This document shows, piece after piece, positions 1 through 8,074 of a stretch of DNA of 64,000 bases. This DNA comes from Acidimicrobiales bacterium. Lineage in GTDB: Bacteria; Actinomycetota; Acidimicrobiia; Acidimicrobiales; JAJPHD01. The position numbers and the translations under genes were made by a program. The number at the start of each line of letters is the position of its first letter. Positions within the stretch are counted from its first letter, which is position 1. The notes under the pieces are model-generated. The model was not told the DNA's origin. It did not search any database and was given only the letters and a program-made list of their open reading frames with translations. Where the stretch lies: NCBI GenBank assembly GCA_039583695.1, contig JAVKSL010000009.1, positions 118 through 64,117 of the forward strand. The letters are read 5' to 3'.

Positions 1-479
1 CACGTCCTCCTCGCCCGCTTCGTCTCCTCGCGAGTCGTTCTGTCTTCGGGCACGAGCTTGAAGCGAACTGCGACCTGGCTCGGGGACTCGGCCAGCCCGG
101 CAGCCAGCAGCCGCTGATCGGCACTGACCAGCAGCATGCCCAGCGCGGAGGCCGTTGCCGCCCAACTGGCGTCGTAGAACGAGAGGTCGTGCTCGTGGGC
201 AAGCCTCGCCGCGAGCCGCAGCCACGCAGCGGTCATCACCAGGGGCGGACCGACGACAGCGCGCAGGTCGTCGAGCTGGTCGGCCACGTCGACCGCGCCC
301 CACCGCAGCGAGCGCACGAGCACGTTGCCGACCTCGTAGATCGCGAGGTCGAGGACGTGCGCGTCGACTTCGCCTGCGACCTGGGCCGAGCGTAAGGCGC
401 GGGCCTCTACTAGCTCACTCTCGCCTTCACTGTGGAACCACTTGATCAACACCGAAGTGTCGACCAGCAGGTGGGTCAC
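1..479 (-). CDS. vapC: PIN-domain toxin VapC (3' end outside window)
   Basis: Hand translation from GTG at 479 gives VTHLLVDTSVLIKWFHSEGE...LSFYDASWAATASALGMLLVSADQRL, which is PIN-like. GTGA start/stop overlap with the upstream RHH antitoxin. No stop before base 1, so it is absent from the ORF track. Confidence 0.75.
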   Translation of the reverse strand, partial: MTHLLVDTSVLIKWFHSEGESELVEARALRSAQVAGEVDAHVLDLAIYEVGNVLVRSLRWGAVDVADQLDDLRAVVGPPLVMTAAWLRLAARLAHEHDLSFYDASWAATASALGMLLVSADQRLLAAGLAESPSQVAVRFKLVPEDRTTREETKRARRT

Positions 480-712
480 CGGCGTGAGTCTCGATCAAGG
501 CGCACGAGATCAGCGGCGTCGAAGCGCCCAGAATCGCGAAAACGCTGCTCAGACCGTTCGATCGCTGCTTTGACACGCTCGGGGTCCCGGCGCGCCAACT
601 CGCGCCGGGCAGCGATCGAAAGAAGCGCGCTCCGGCTCGTCGAGCGTCGCGCGGCCTCGGCATCGAGCTCGGCCAGCAGGTCGTCGGCAATCGACACCAT
701 GACCTTGGACAT
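476..712 (-). CDS. vapB: ribbon-helix-helix antitoxin (VapB/CopG-like)
   Basis: ORF 476..778 trimmed to ATG 712 (MSKVMVSIADDLLAELDAEAARRSTSRSALLSIAARREL), an RHH-type N-terminus. 4-nt overlap with the vapC start. Confidence 0.8.
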   Translation of the reverse strand: MSKVMVSIADDLLAELDAEAARRSTSRSALLSIAARRELARRDPERVKAAIERSEQRFRDSGRFDAADLVRLDRDSRR

Positions 713-812
713 ACCGTCAGTATAGCCACTGGTATAGCTGTGGCCGGTCACGTTCGCATTGCGGGACGGCTGGACCACGCCTGACGTCCAGTGTTGACCG
801 TCGATCCGAGGT

Positions 813-1372
813 TCAGTCGGCCTCGGTTCGGGTTGCGGTGACGACGAGTGCGTTGTAGCCCACCGTAAAGCTACCTCCCGCTGCGTCGACCGCGGCTGCG
901 ATCCCGGCGAGCAGCTCGGCGAGCTTCGCCGCGGGGATCCGGGAGTGTCCGCCGAAGGTCGGGACGGTGTCGAGCCACTGGGCGCTCGTGTAGGAGCGCT
1001 CCCAGGGGAAGGTCCACTGCTCCGGCTCGGTGAAGCGCTGCGCCTGGCGGATGCCGGCGGCTGCTCTCTCGGTCAGCGGGGCGTAGGAGGCCGTCCCGCC
1101 GGGGGCTCCGCCCTGGAAGAACGGGAAGTCGGGCAGGACCTTGCGGTAGACGCCAGCGAAGCCCTGGGCGAGCTCGGGCGGGAACGACATCGCATTCCAG
1201 AACAATGCGATGCGGCCACCGGGGGCGAGGGCCCGTGCCGCCTTGGCGGCGCCGAGGTCGGGTCGACCCAGTGCCAGGCCTGCCCGGCGATCACGAGATC
1301 GAAGATCCGCCCCGCCGGGTCCCACTCCTCGAAGGTGGCGACCCGACGGTCCCGCAAACCTGCGCTGGTCAT
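813..1372 (-). pseudogene. class I SAM-dependent methyltransferase, N-terminally truncated and frameshifted
   Basis: Two overlapping ORFs in different frames (1073..1372 ...FDLVIAGQAWHWVDP; 813..1325 ...AAKAARALAPGGRIALFWN...) read together as the distal part of one methyltransferase. The frame switches near 1250-1260. No GxGxG SAM-binding segment upstream. Confidence 0.6.
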
Positions 1373-1425
1373 GAGCTAGCTAGGCATAGCTCACGGATGC
1401 GGAACGACTCGGTAGGATACCAATA

Positions 1426-1836
1426 ATGGAGTTCGATGCTGCGCGAAGCTTCCTGCGGAACCACCACCGGGCGGTGCTGTGCACCCGCCGGATCGACGGC
1501 TCGCCGCAGATGTCGGCTGTCGCCTGTGCGCTGGACGCAAACGGTCACGTCGTGGTGTCAACCAGACAGACCGCCATGAAGGTGCGCAACGTGGAGCGCA
1601 ACCCCGCGGTGTCGCTTTGCGTGCTCGCCGATGCGTTCTACGGGGAGTGGATCCAGCTGGACGGTCGAGCCGAGGTCGTGCGGCTTCCCGAGGCCATGGA
1701 GGGCCTCGTCGATTACTACCGCTCCGTCTCCGGAGAGCATCCCAACTGGGATGAGTACCGCCGGGCGATGCAGTCCGAGCGGCGGGTGCTGTTGCGCATC
1801 TCGATTGAGAGGGCGGGCCCGGACCGAAGCGGATGA
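1426..1836 (+). CDS. PPOX-class (F420-dependent type) oxidoreductase
   Basis: 136-aa ORF: FLRNHHRAVLCTRRIDGSPQMSAV...STRQTAMKVRNVERNPAVSLCV..., pyridoxamine 5'-phosphate oxidase-like split-barrel family. Confidence 0.85.
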   Translation: MEFDAARSFLRNHHRAVLCTRRIDGSPQMSAVACALDANGHVVVSTRQTAMKVRNVERNPAVSLCVLADAFYGEWIQLDGRAEVVRLPEAMEGLVDYYRSVSGEHPNWDEYRRAMQSERRVLLRISIERAGPDRSG

Positions 1837-2010
1837 CCCACCGGTCGGCCCGCCGGCCCTTTTCGCAGCCCTGACCGCCGTGCTCGCCAAGGCCAACGGC
1901 TGCCGATACCGGCATGGGCCCGCACTTTACATAACGACCCTTATCGGCGGATACGAGGGATGAGCGGAATCGGATCCAACTGGGGTGCGGTCGGGTGTTG
2001 GCGCCGCTAC

Positions 2011-2358
2011 TCATAGGTCCAGAAACGCTTGGAGGATCCGCCGGACGGCGGCCAGCTCGCCGGGTGTCACCGTGCCGAGACGGCGGCCAAGCCGCTGGTA
2101 TGCCACCGCCCGCGTGTCTTCGGGCCGACTGAAAGATGGAAGCTCGCTGAGCCCGGACGACTGCGAGATGATCGGGATCTGATGGCGCAGTCCACGGTCA
2201 CGGCTCGTGAGGGGTACTACGAACACGACAGCATGAGGCAGGGCTAGGTGCAGCGGTCCGGACACGATGATCACTGGTCGGTGGCCGGCCTGTTCCGGCC
2301 CTCTGACGGGGTTCAGGTCGGCGAGCCAGACGTCCCCGGTGCGCAACGGCTCGCTCAC
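2011..2358 (-). CDS. mazF: MazF/PemK-family endoribonuclease toxin
   Basis: GDVWLADLNPVRGPEQAGHRPVIIVS...VVPLTSR is the typical MazF/PemK pattern. 4-nt overlap with the upstream antitoxin ORF. Confidence 0.85.
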   Translation of the reverse strand: MSEPLRTGDVWLADLNPVRGPEQAGHRPVIIVSGPLHLALPHAVVFVVPLTSRDRGLRHQIPIISQSSGLSELPSFSRPEDTRAVAYQRLGRRLGTVTPGELAAVRRILQAFLDL

Positions 2359-2606
2359 CCGTGGCCCAGCCCGTCACCTGCGGTGTGATCCCACTCGGCC
2401 AGTTCGCCGACGTAGCTCTCCCACTCCTGGGGGTCGGCCTGGAGCCGGGTGTAGTCGGCCCGGACCCCCTCCCAGAAGCGGGCCTCCTCGGCCCTGTCGA
2501 GCGTCCGAGCCAGCTCGGCATCCAGCGTGAGGCTGTCTTGGTCGGCAAGCTTCTTGAGCCGGTCGCGGGTCATCGTCGAAACCTTGATGGTAGTCATGTT
2601 TGTCAT
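2355..2606 (-). CDS. MazE-like antitoxin (RHH-type)
   Basis: ORF 2355..2654 with likely start ATG 2606 or 2597 (MTNMTTIKVSTMTRDRLKKLADQ...). Acidic C-terminus. Translationally coupled to mazF. Confidence 0.7.
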   Translation of the reverse strand: MTNMTTIKVSTMTRDRLKKLADQDSLTLDAELARTLDRAEEARFWEGVRADYTRLQADPQEWESYVGELAEWDHTAGDGLGHG

Positions 2607-2702
2607 ACTCTTAGTATATCTCAGTGTGGCTTGACGAGGTTCGCCGGACCACAAGGTGTCGTCGCTAAACGGACACCCTCCTGGTTCGGAGACCGGGTGA
2701 GC

Positions 2703-2977
2703 CTAGCTGCGGTAGGCGTGGCTTCGATGGCGAATGGCCGTGACTTGCACCATCCGGGCAACGTCATCGATGAGGTACAGGACTCGGTAATCGCCGCGTC
2801 GGGCAGACCAAGCCGGATCAAAGGGTGGGCTCAGCGCTTTGCCGACCCGGCGAGGGTTGCCGAGCAGCGGGCCGGTGATGAATGCGTAGGCGGCCCGGCC
2901 ACTTTGGGCGGAAGGGCTTCAGCGAGCGAACGCGCCGCTGGCCGAGCGATCTGGAGGCGGTAGCGCTCACCGGTCAC
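2703..2977 (-). pseudogene. relE: RelE-family toxin, frameshifted
   Basis: Hand translation from GTG 2977 gives VTGERYRLQIARPAARSLAEALPPKVA. After a 1-nt frame change near 2890 it continues AAYAFITGPLLGNPRRVGKALSPPFDPAWSARRGDYRVLYLIDDVARMVQVTAIRHRSHAYRS*. Neither half reaches the 60-aa ORF-track cutoff. GTGA overlap with yefM. Confidence 0.7.
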
Positions 2978-3264
2978 CTTCTGGGCGGAAGGCGCCCCGC
3001 TCTTCGCATCGTCTCCGTCAGCTCCTTTTGGTCCATGCTCTCGCCCCGCTCGAGCGCGCCCATGCCCTCCAGGTGGTCACGGAGTAGCTCGGAGTCTCCG
3101 AGCACCGCGATTGTCTCTTGTAGGGCGTCGTAATCGTCGGCACCGAGCAGGACGGCGGCTCGCTGGCCGTTTCGCGTGATCTCGAAGCGTTCGTGGGTGG
3201 AGGCAGCCTCCTCGACAAGCTTGGAGAGCCGAACTCGTGCCTCGGCCACCGGAAGCGTGGTCAT
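2974..3264 (-). CDS. yefM: Phd/YefM-family antitoxin
   Basis: ORF 2974..3318 trimmed to ATG 3264: MTTLPVAEARVRLSKLVEEAASTHERFEITRNGQRAAVLLGADDYDALQETIAVL. Confidence 0.85.
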   Translation of the reverse strand: MTTLPVAEARVRLSKLVEEAASTHERFEITRNGQRAAVLLGADDYDALQETIAVLGDSELLRDHLEGMGALERGESMDQKELTETMRRAGRLPPRR

Positions 3265-3333
3265 GTACAGGATTATAGCGTCGTCGGCACGGCAGCGGCG
3301 GTTTCTGGTCAGTTGCATCCGAGCGCCTGGCGG

Positions 3334-3543
3334 CTAGGCCCTCGGGAACTCAGGTGGGCGTGGTGTGTGGCAACGCCGTCTGCCATCCACCCGTCGACGA
3401 TCCGGCGGCCCTGGCCGGGTTGCTGGCTCGGGGTCAGTGGGGAGACGCCACCGGTACCCGGGCACGGACACGACCTCGGCTCCGGCGTCGATCAGGACCT
3501 TCACCAGCTCCGGGCTCTTTATGCCGTGATCCTTCACGGCCAC
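3334..3543 (-). pseudogene. possible uroporphyrinogen-III synthase (HemD-like) internal fragment
   Basis: The 69-aa ORF begins MAVKDHGIKSPELVKVLIDAGAEVVSVPGYRW.LP.DPEP, resembling the middle of HemD-domain proteins. There is no N- or C-terminal context and the frame decays afterwards. Confidence 0.3.
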
Positions 3544-3573
3544 CCATCGATCCCGGAGTGGCTCAGCCAGGGG

Positions 3574-4389
3574 TCACGCCTGGCAGCGTGGGCAGAAGAA
3601 CGAGCTGCGGCCGGCAACCCTGACCCTCACTATCAGCGCCCCACACCGCAGGCACGACTGGCCTTCTCGTGCGTAGACGCGATGCGACGCTTGAAAGCCG
3701 CCCAGCTGGCCGGACAGGTCCCGGTACTGGGAGTCTGACAGCGATGAGCCGCGGGCCTCGATAGCCGCGGTGAGGACATCGACCATAGACTCCCCCAGTC
3801 GGCGAACCTCGGCGGACTGAAGGGACGAAGCAGCACGATCCCACCGCAAACGGGCGGCGTGCAGGATCTCGTCGGAGTAGATGTTCCCGATACCCGCGAC
3901 GAAGCGCTGATCCAAAAGCAAGGGCTTCAGGTGCCTGTCCGTGCCTGCCAAACCTCTCGCCAGCAGGCGGGCTCCGCCCGGCTCGAGCGGCTCAAAACCG
4001 AGGTGGGCCAGCTCGGGCACGCCGGCCCGGCTCACCCAGCTCTCGCCAAAGGTCCTCGGATCCACAAAGCGGAGCTCGGCTCCATCGGCGAAAGTGACCC
4101 TCAGATGAGTGTGCACCCTCACCGGCTCACAGGACTCCTGAGCCAGGAGGAGCTGTCCGCTCATGCCCAGATGCAGCACCCACACATCGCCACTGTCGAG
4201 AGAGCACAGGAGGTACTTGCCCCGCCGCCCCACACCGACCACCAACCGCCCCTCCAGTCGGGGAGCAAAGCTGGATACCTGACGCCGGACTGTCCGAGCG
4301 CCTGTTACCGAGACTGCTTCGACCCGCCAGCCACATACCCGTCCTTGCAGGTCACGTCGTAGGGTCTCGACCTCCGGTAGCTCAGGCAC
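3574..4389 (-). CDS. mutM: formamidopyrimidine-DNA glycosylase
   Basis: ORF 3574..4638 trimmed to GTG 4389 (VPELPEVETLRRDL, the Fpg N-terminus). C-terminal zinc finger ...CLRCG...FFCPRCQA. The upstream 83 codons of the ORF overlap rnc in another frame. Confidence 0.9.
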   Translation of the reverse strand: MPELPEVETLRRDLQGRVCGWRVEAVSVTGARTVRRQVSSFAPRLEGRLVVGVGRRGKYLLCSLDSGDVWVLHLGMSGQLLLAQESCEPVRVHTHLRVTFADGAELRFVDPRTFGESWVSRAGVPELAHLGFEPLEPGGARLLARGLAGTDRHLKPLLLDQRFVAGIGNIYSDEILHAARLRWDRAASSLQSAEVRRLGESMVDVLTAAIEARGSSLSDSQYRDLSGQLGGFQASHRVYAREGQSCLRCGALIVRVRVAGRSSFFCPRCQA

Positions 4390-5230
4390 CCGCGACGTCA
4401 GGCGCCATGGCAGCAGCCTCCGCGGCCGCCTCCCCAGCGTCACCCGAAGCTCCCGCTGTGCCCTTGGCACCCGCCGTGCCCTTGGCATCACCCGAAGCTC
4501 CCGCCGTGCCCTTGGCACCCGCCGTGCCCTTGGCACCCGGCTCCGCCTGCGCAGACATCGCCAGCCAGGCAACCTTCGCCGCAGCCTGCTCGGCCTGCTT
4601 TTTCGATCTTCCCTCACCCTGGCCCACAGCCACACCATCGACGATCACCAGGGCAAAGAACCTCTTGGCGTGATCGGGGCCCTCGTCTCGCAACTCGTAG
4701 TGCGGAAGCTGATCGACCCGGCGAGCCACCACCTCCTGCAGGCGGGTCTTGTAGTCCCGACATCCCGGGCCTGCCGCCGCGTCCACGATCCGACGTCGCA
4801 GCATCCTCATCACCAGGCTGGTCGCTGGCTTCCATCCCCCATCCAGGTAGACCGCTCCGATGACCGCCTCGGCCGCGTCAGCCAGGATCGACGGTTTCGC
4901 TCTTCCCCCGGAGGCGTCCTCGCCCTTGCCCAGCCTCAGCGCCGCGCCAAGATCCCATTCGATGGCCACCTCCGCCAGCGCATCCGCGCTCACCACCGAC
5001 GCCCGCACCATCGCCAGATCCCCCTCGGGGAGATCCGGGTACTTCCTGAAGATATGGTCGGTCACCACCTGGCCCAGCACGGCATCGCCCAGGAACTCCA
5101 GGCGCTCGTTCGACTCCTGACCGCCAGCCTCTGCGCACCACGAGCGATGGGCCACGGCCTGCGCCAGCAGCCGGGGCGCCTCGAAGGTGTAGCCCAGTCG
5201 CTCGGCCAAGGCTGCAAGCGGGTCGGCCAA
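4382..5230 (-). CDS. rnc: ribonuclease III with repeat-containing C-terminal tail
   Basis: RNase III signature NERLEFLGDAVL and a dsRBD (KTRLQE...GEGRSKKQAEQAAA). The tail carries AKGTAGAKGTAGASGD twice. Confidence 0.9.
   Translation of the reverse strand: MADPLAALAERLGYTFEAPRLLAQAVAHRSWCAEAGGQESNERLEFLGDAVLGQVVTDHIFRKYPDLPEGDLAMVRASVVSADALAEVAIEWDLGAALRLGKGEDASGGRAKPSILADAAEAVIGAVYLDGGWKPATSLVMRMLRRRIVDAAAGPGCRDYKTRLQEVVARRVDQLPHYELRDEGPDHAKRFFALVIVDGVAVGQGEGRSKKQAEQAAAKVAWLAMSAQAEPGAKGTAGAKGTAGASGDAKGTAGAKGTAGASGDAGEAAAEAAAMAPDVAGA
4441..4536. repeat. 2 x 48-bp in-frame tandem repeat in the rnc 3' end
   Basis: 4441-4488 and 4489-4536 are identical except at two positions. Each unit contains an 18-bp sub-repeat (gtgcccttggcacccgcc). 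Confidence 0.9.
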
Positions 5231-5252
5231 GGCTTCAGGCGAATCCGACTGC

Positions 5253-5585
5253 TCAGGAATCCTCGAGCCTGCCCATCACGTAGTCCACGGCGTCTCGGAC
5301 GCACTTGAGGTCCTCAAGGTCCTCGTCCTCAATACGGAATCCGTCGATCCGACCGCCCAGCTCCTCCTCCAGCGCCTCGACCAGCTCGATCAGGGCCAGT
5401 GAATCCGCATCCAGGTCCTCGGCGAACGAGGACCCCTCGGCAATCCCGGCCGGGTCGATCTCCAAGATGTCGCCCAGCTGGCTGCGCACCAATTCGAATA
5501 CCGCCTTGCGGTCCAAGGGCGCCGGGCCCAGGTCAGTCTCAGCTGGCACGTGACGCTCCGTCCGTGGTCGGGAATCTCGACTCAA
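5253..5585 (-). CDS. acpP: acyl carrier protein
   Basis: LDADSLALIELVEALEEE contains the DSL phosphopantetheine attachment motif. The true start may be internal (for example GTG 5549). Confidence 0.8.
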   Translation of the reverse strand: MSRDSRPRTERHVPAETDLGPAPLDRKAVFELVRSQLGDILEIDPAGIAEGSSFAEDLDADSLALIELVEALEEELGGRIDGFRIEDEDLEDLKCVRDAVDYVMGRLEDS

Positions 5586-5607
5586 ACGCTACCCAGCGCC
5601 GGCTCAT

Positions 5608-6636
5608 CTAGGTGCGCGCCACCGCGCGGCGGAGGTCCTCCACGATCCCGCCGGTCGCCAGCTCGTGGGCAACTCGAACTGCGTTGGCGACGGCCTCGAC
5701 AGAGGAGGACCCATGGCTGATGATGCAAACCCCGTCTACACCGAGCAACATGGCGCCTCCCTGGGAGTCAGGGTCCAGCTCCGCGGCCAGCGGTGCCAGG
5801 ACCGGTATCAGCACCTCAGCGGCCCGCCTGGTCTCCTCGTTGGTCGCCATGGCCGCAGCCATGGTGGAGACGAAGAAGCGCAGCCCACCCTCGAGCGTCT
5901 TGAGCGCTACGTTCCCGGTGAAGCCGTCGGTCACCACGACGTCGGCCACACAGCTCATCAAGTCCCGGCCCTCGACGTTGCCGATGAAGTTGATGTCGGA
6001 GCGCCCGGCCAGCAGGGCATGAGTCTCTTTGACCAGCGGAGTCCCCTTGGTCGCCTCCTCGCCAATGGACAGCAGGGCGACCCGTGGTTCGGACACCCCA
6101 TAGCGGCGCTTGGCGAACACGGTCCCCATCTGGGCGAACTGAACCAGCCACGCTGCGGTGCACTCGGCGTTGGCCCCAGCGTCCAGCAGCACCAGGGGCG
6201 TGGACCCAGGAATTGGGATCGGTGTGGCTATAGCTGGGCGGGCCACTCCAGGAAGCCTGCCCATGCGCAGCAAGGCGCTGGCCATCGTGGCCCCTGTGTT
6301 CCCCGCGCTGACCATGGCGCACGCCCTGCCGTCTCGAACCGCCTCCGCAGCCCTCAACAAAGAAGAGTCCTTCTTGCGCCGGACGCCCTGCGTCGGATCC
6401 TCTTCCATGCCGATCACCTCGCTGGCGGCCAGCACCTCCAGCGCGCCGGTTTCGCCGAGGGTGTCCGGCCGGCCAACCAGCATCACCGGCACGCCGTGCT
6501 CAGCGGCCGCCCGGAGCGCTCCGGCAACGACATCCCCCGGCGCCCGGTCCCCCCCCATGGCGTCGACCGCCACCGGCAGCACAATCGATACATCCGTTGG
6601 CCCGGCCCCGGTCGGCTCGGCGACGATGCTGGACAC
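5608..6636 (-). CDS. plsX: phosphate acyltransferase PlsX
   Basis: ORF 5608..6732 contains VAVDAMGGDRAP and other PlsX family features. Start set to GTG 6636, just downstream of the rpmF stop. Confidence 0.9.
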   Translation of the reverse strand: MSSIVAEPTGAGPTDVSIVLPVAVDAMGGDRAPGDVVAGALRAAAEHGVPVMLVGRPDTLGETGALEVLAASEVIGMEEDPTQGVRRKKDSSLLRAAEAVRDGRACAMVSAGNTGATMASALLRMGRLPGVARPAIATPIPIPGSTPLVLLDAGANAECTAAWLVQFAQMGTVFAKRRYGVSEPRVALLSIGEEATKGTPLVKETHALLAGRSDINFIGNVEGRDLMSCVADVVVTDGFTGNVALKTLEGGLRFFVSTMAAAMATNEETRRAAEVLIPVLAPLAAELDPDSQGGAMLLGVDGVCIISHGSSSVEAVANAVRVAHELATGGIVEDLRRAVART

Positions 6637-6641
6637 AGCGG

Positions 6642-6821
6642 CTAGCCGACCTCGACAGCTTGGCGGTTGTGGTACCACCCGCACGCCGGACAAACGACAT
6701 GGGGGACCTTGACCTGGCCGCAATGGGGGCACAAGCTCCGAGGGGCCGGCTCGAGCACCCAGTTGGAGGCCCGCCGGCTACGGCTCTTGGCCTTGGAGGT
6801 CTTCTTCTTGGGTACGGCCAT
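6642..6821 (-). CDS. rpmF: 50S ribosomal protein L32
   Basis: Not in the ORF track (59 codons). Hand translation from ATG 6821: MAVPKKKTSKAKSRSRRASNWVLEPAPRSLCPHCGQVKVPHVVCPACGWYHNRQAVEVG*. Has the L32 N-terminus and a CxxC..CxxC knuckle. Confidence 0.85.
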   Translation of the reverse strand: MAVPKKKTSKAKSRSRRASNWVLEPAPRSLCPHCGQVKVPHVVCPACGWYHNRQAVEVG

Positions 6822-6867
6822 CGCTGCCTACTTTCGGATCGCTGGGCATCGGTCAATCGGCATTCGG

Positions 6868-7332
6868 TCAATCGGAGAAAGGGCACCGGCATTCATCGAG
6901 GTTGCGGTCGCCCCCACAAGTTGGGCACAGCCCCCGACAGCCCGGCTGACACAGCGGAGCCAGCGGAAGCTCACACAGGATAGCGTCCCGAGCCATCGCT
7001 TCGAAGTCCACCTGCTCGCCCTCCAGCAGATAAGTCGACTCCGGGTCGCCATCGCTCTCGAACAGCTCCCTGACCTGTGCTCGAATCAGGCCCCCGGAGG
7101 GTCCCAGGCAGCGACGGCACTCCCCCACCCAGGCGGCGCTGACCACCCCGCTCACCATCACCCCCGGGTGCGCAGCCTCCAACACGACATCGACGCTGAC
7201 CTCGGCGCTGTCGGGGACCGTGCTGGAGCACACGACCAGGTCGGAGATCGGACCCGACAGGCGCTCACGCTGGCAGGCAGCCCCATGACGCAGGATGGGG
7301 GCGACGCTGACCGCGAAGGGCCGCTTCCTCAA
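6868..7332 (-). CDS. yceD: YceD/DUF177 family protein
   Basis: 154-aa acidic protein with a C-terminal Cys cluster (CQPGCRGLCPTCGGDRNLDEC). Sits in the conserved position directly upstream of rpmF. Confidence 0.8.
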   Translation of the reverse strand: MRKRPFAVSVAPILRHGAACQRERLSGPISDLVVCSSTVPDSAEVSVDVVLEAAHPGVMVSGVVSAAWVGECRRCLGPSGGLIRAQVRELFESDGDPESTYLLEGEQVDFEAMARDAILCELPLAPLCQPGCRGLCPTCGGDRNLDECRCPFSD

Positions 7333-7333
7333 C

Positions 7334-7432
7334 CGACAGTCGGGGGGCGACCCACAGTCGGGGGGCGACCCACAGTCGGTGGGCGACCCCCCGACAGCCC
7401 CCCAAAGAGGCGACCCCCCGACAGCCCCACAG
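7334..7432. repeat. intergenic G6/C6 repeat array (3 x 18 bp direct units plus 2 partly complementary units)
   Basis: acagtcggggggcgaccc at 7336-7353 and 7354-7371, with variant acagtcggtgggcgaccc at 7372-7389. Two units gcgaccccccgacagcccc follow. The gtcgggggg and ccccccgac cores are complementary. Confidence 0.85.
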
Positions 7433-7453
7433 AAGGGATGGTCCTAACCGTCC

Positions 7454-8074
7454 TCACCGGTCCTGGTCGAAGAAGGCATCCTCGGCCGCGGTATCGATGG
7501 GGAGCTGGCCCCCGACGCTGCCCGGGCCGCCCTGGTTCCTGGCCCGTCCGAACTCGTCGGGGGGACCGCCTTGCAGCTTCTCCCGTCCAGCCTGGACCAT
7601 CTTGGTCAACCGTTCCAACACGATCTCGAAGTTGGCCAGCTTGCGGTCACAGAACTGATCGGCCTCGTGGCGCAGCCGCCGGGACTCGACCTCGGCATCC
7701 TCGATGATCCGGTTGGCAGCCCGTTTGGCGTCCCGCACCACCTGGGTGCGCTGGACCATCCGCTCGGCCCGCCCCCGAGCCGACTCCACGATCTCCTCTC
7801 CCTCCCTTGTGGACTTCTCCAGCAGCTCAGCGCGCTCACGCAGGATCCACCGGGCATTGTGGAGGTCCTCGGGGAGGCGCAGGAGGGCTTCGGAGAGCAG
7901 CTCCAGGACCTCGTCCTTGCTGATGAGGACAGATGTGGAAAGAGGCATGGACTTGGCGTTGGAGATCACGTCGACCAGCCGGCGCAGCAGCACCTCGATG
8001 TCGATATCACTGCGTTGAGGGTCGTGACGGCTGGTCTCGATTCGCACAGACGGGGTGTCGGGGTTGTAGCTCAT
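7454..8074 (-). CDS. DivIVA-like/ATP synthase b-like coiled-coil protein (SepIVA-like)
   Basis: 206-aa coiled-coil protein (...MPLSTSVLISKDEVLELL...DQFCDRKLANFEIVLERL...). Composition and position between coaD and yceD resemble mycobacterial Rv2927c/SepIVA, from recalled similarity. Confidence 0.65.
   Translation of the reverse strand: MSYNPDTPSVRIETSRHDPQRSDIDIEVLLRRLVDVISNAKSMPLSTSVLISKDEVLELLSEALLRLPEDLHNARWILRERAELLEKSTREGEEIVESARGRAERMVQRTQVVRDAKRAANRIIEDAEVESRRLRHEADQFCDRKLANFEIVLERLTKMVQAGREKLQGGPPDEFGRARNQGGPGSVGGQLPIDTAAEDAFFDQDR

Noticed and set aside
4390-4638. An 83-codon N-terminal extension of the mutM ORF.
   Set aside because: Fpg requires the processed N-terminal Pro of PELPEV, which follows GTG 4389. 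The extension overlaps the rnc repeat region in a different frame (RVPRARR repeats).
6667-7707. 346-aa plus-strand ORF containing PTVGGRPTVGGRPTVGGR.
   Set aside because: It spans rpmF, yceD and the intergenic repeat array on the wrong strand. The peptide repeat is just the 18-bp DNA repeat read in frame.
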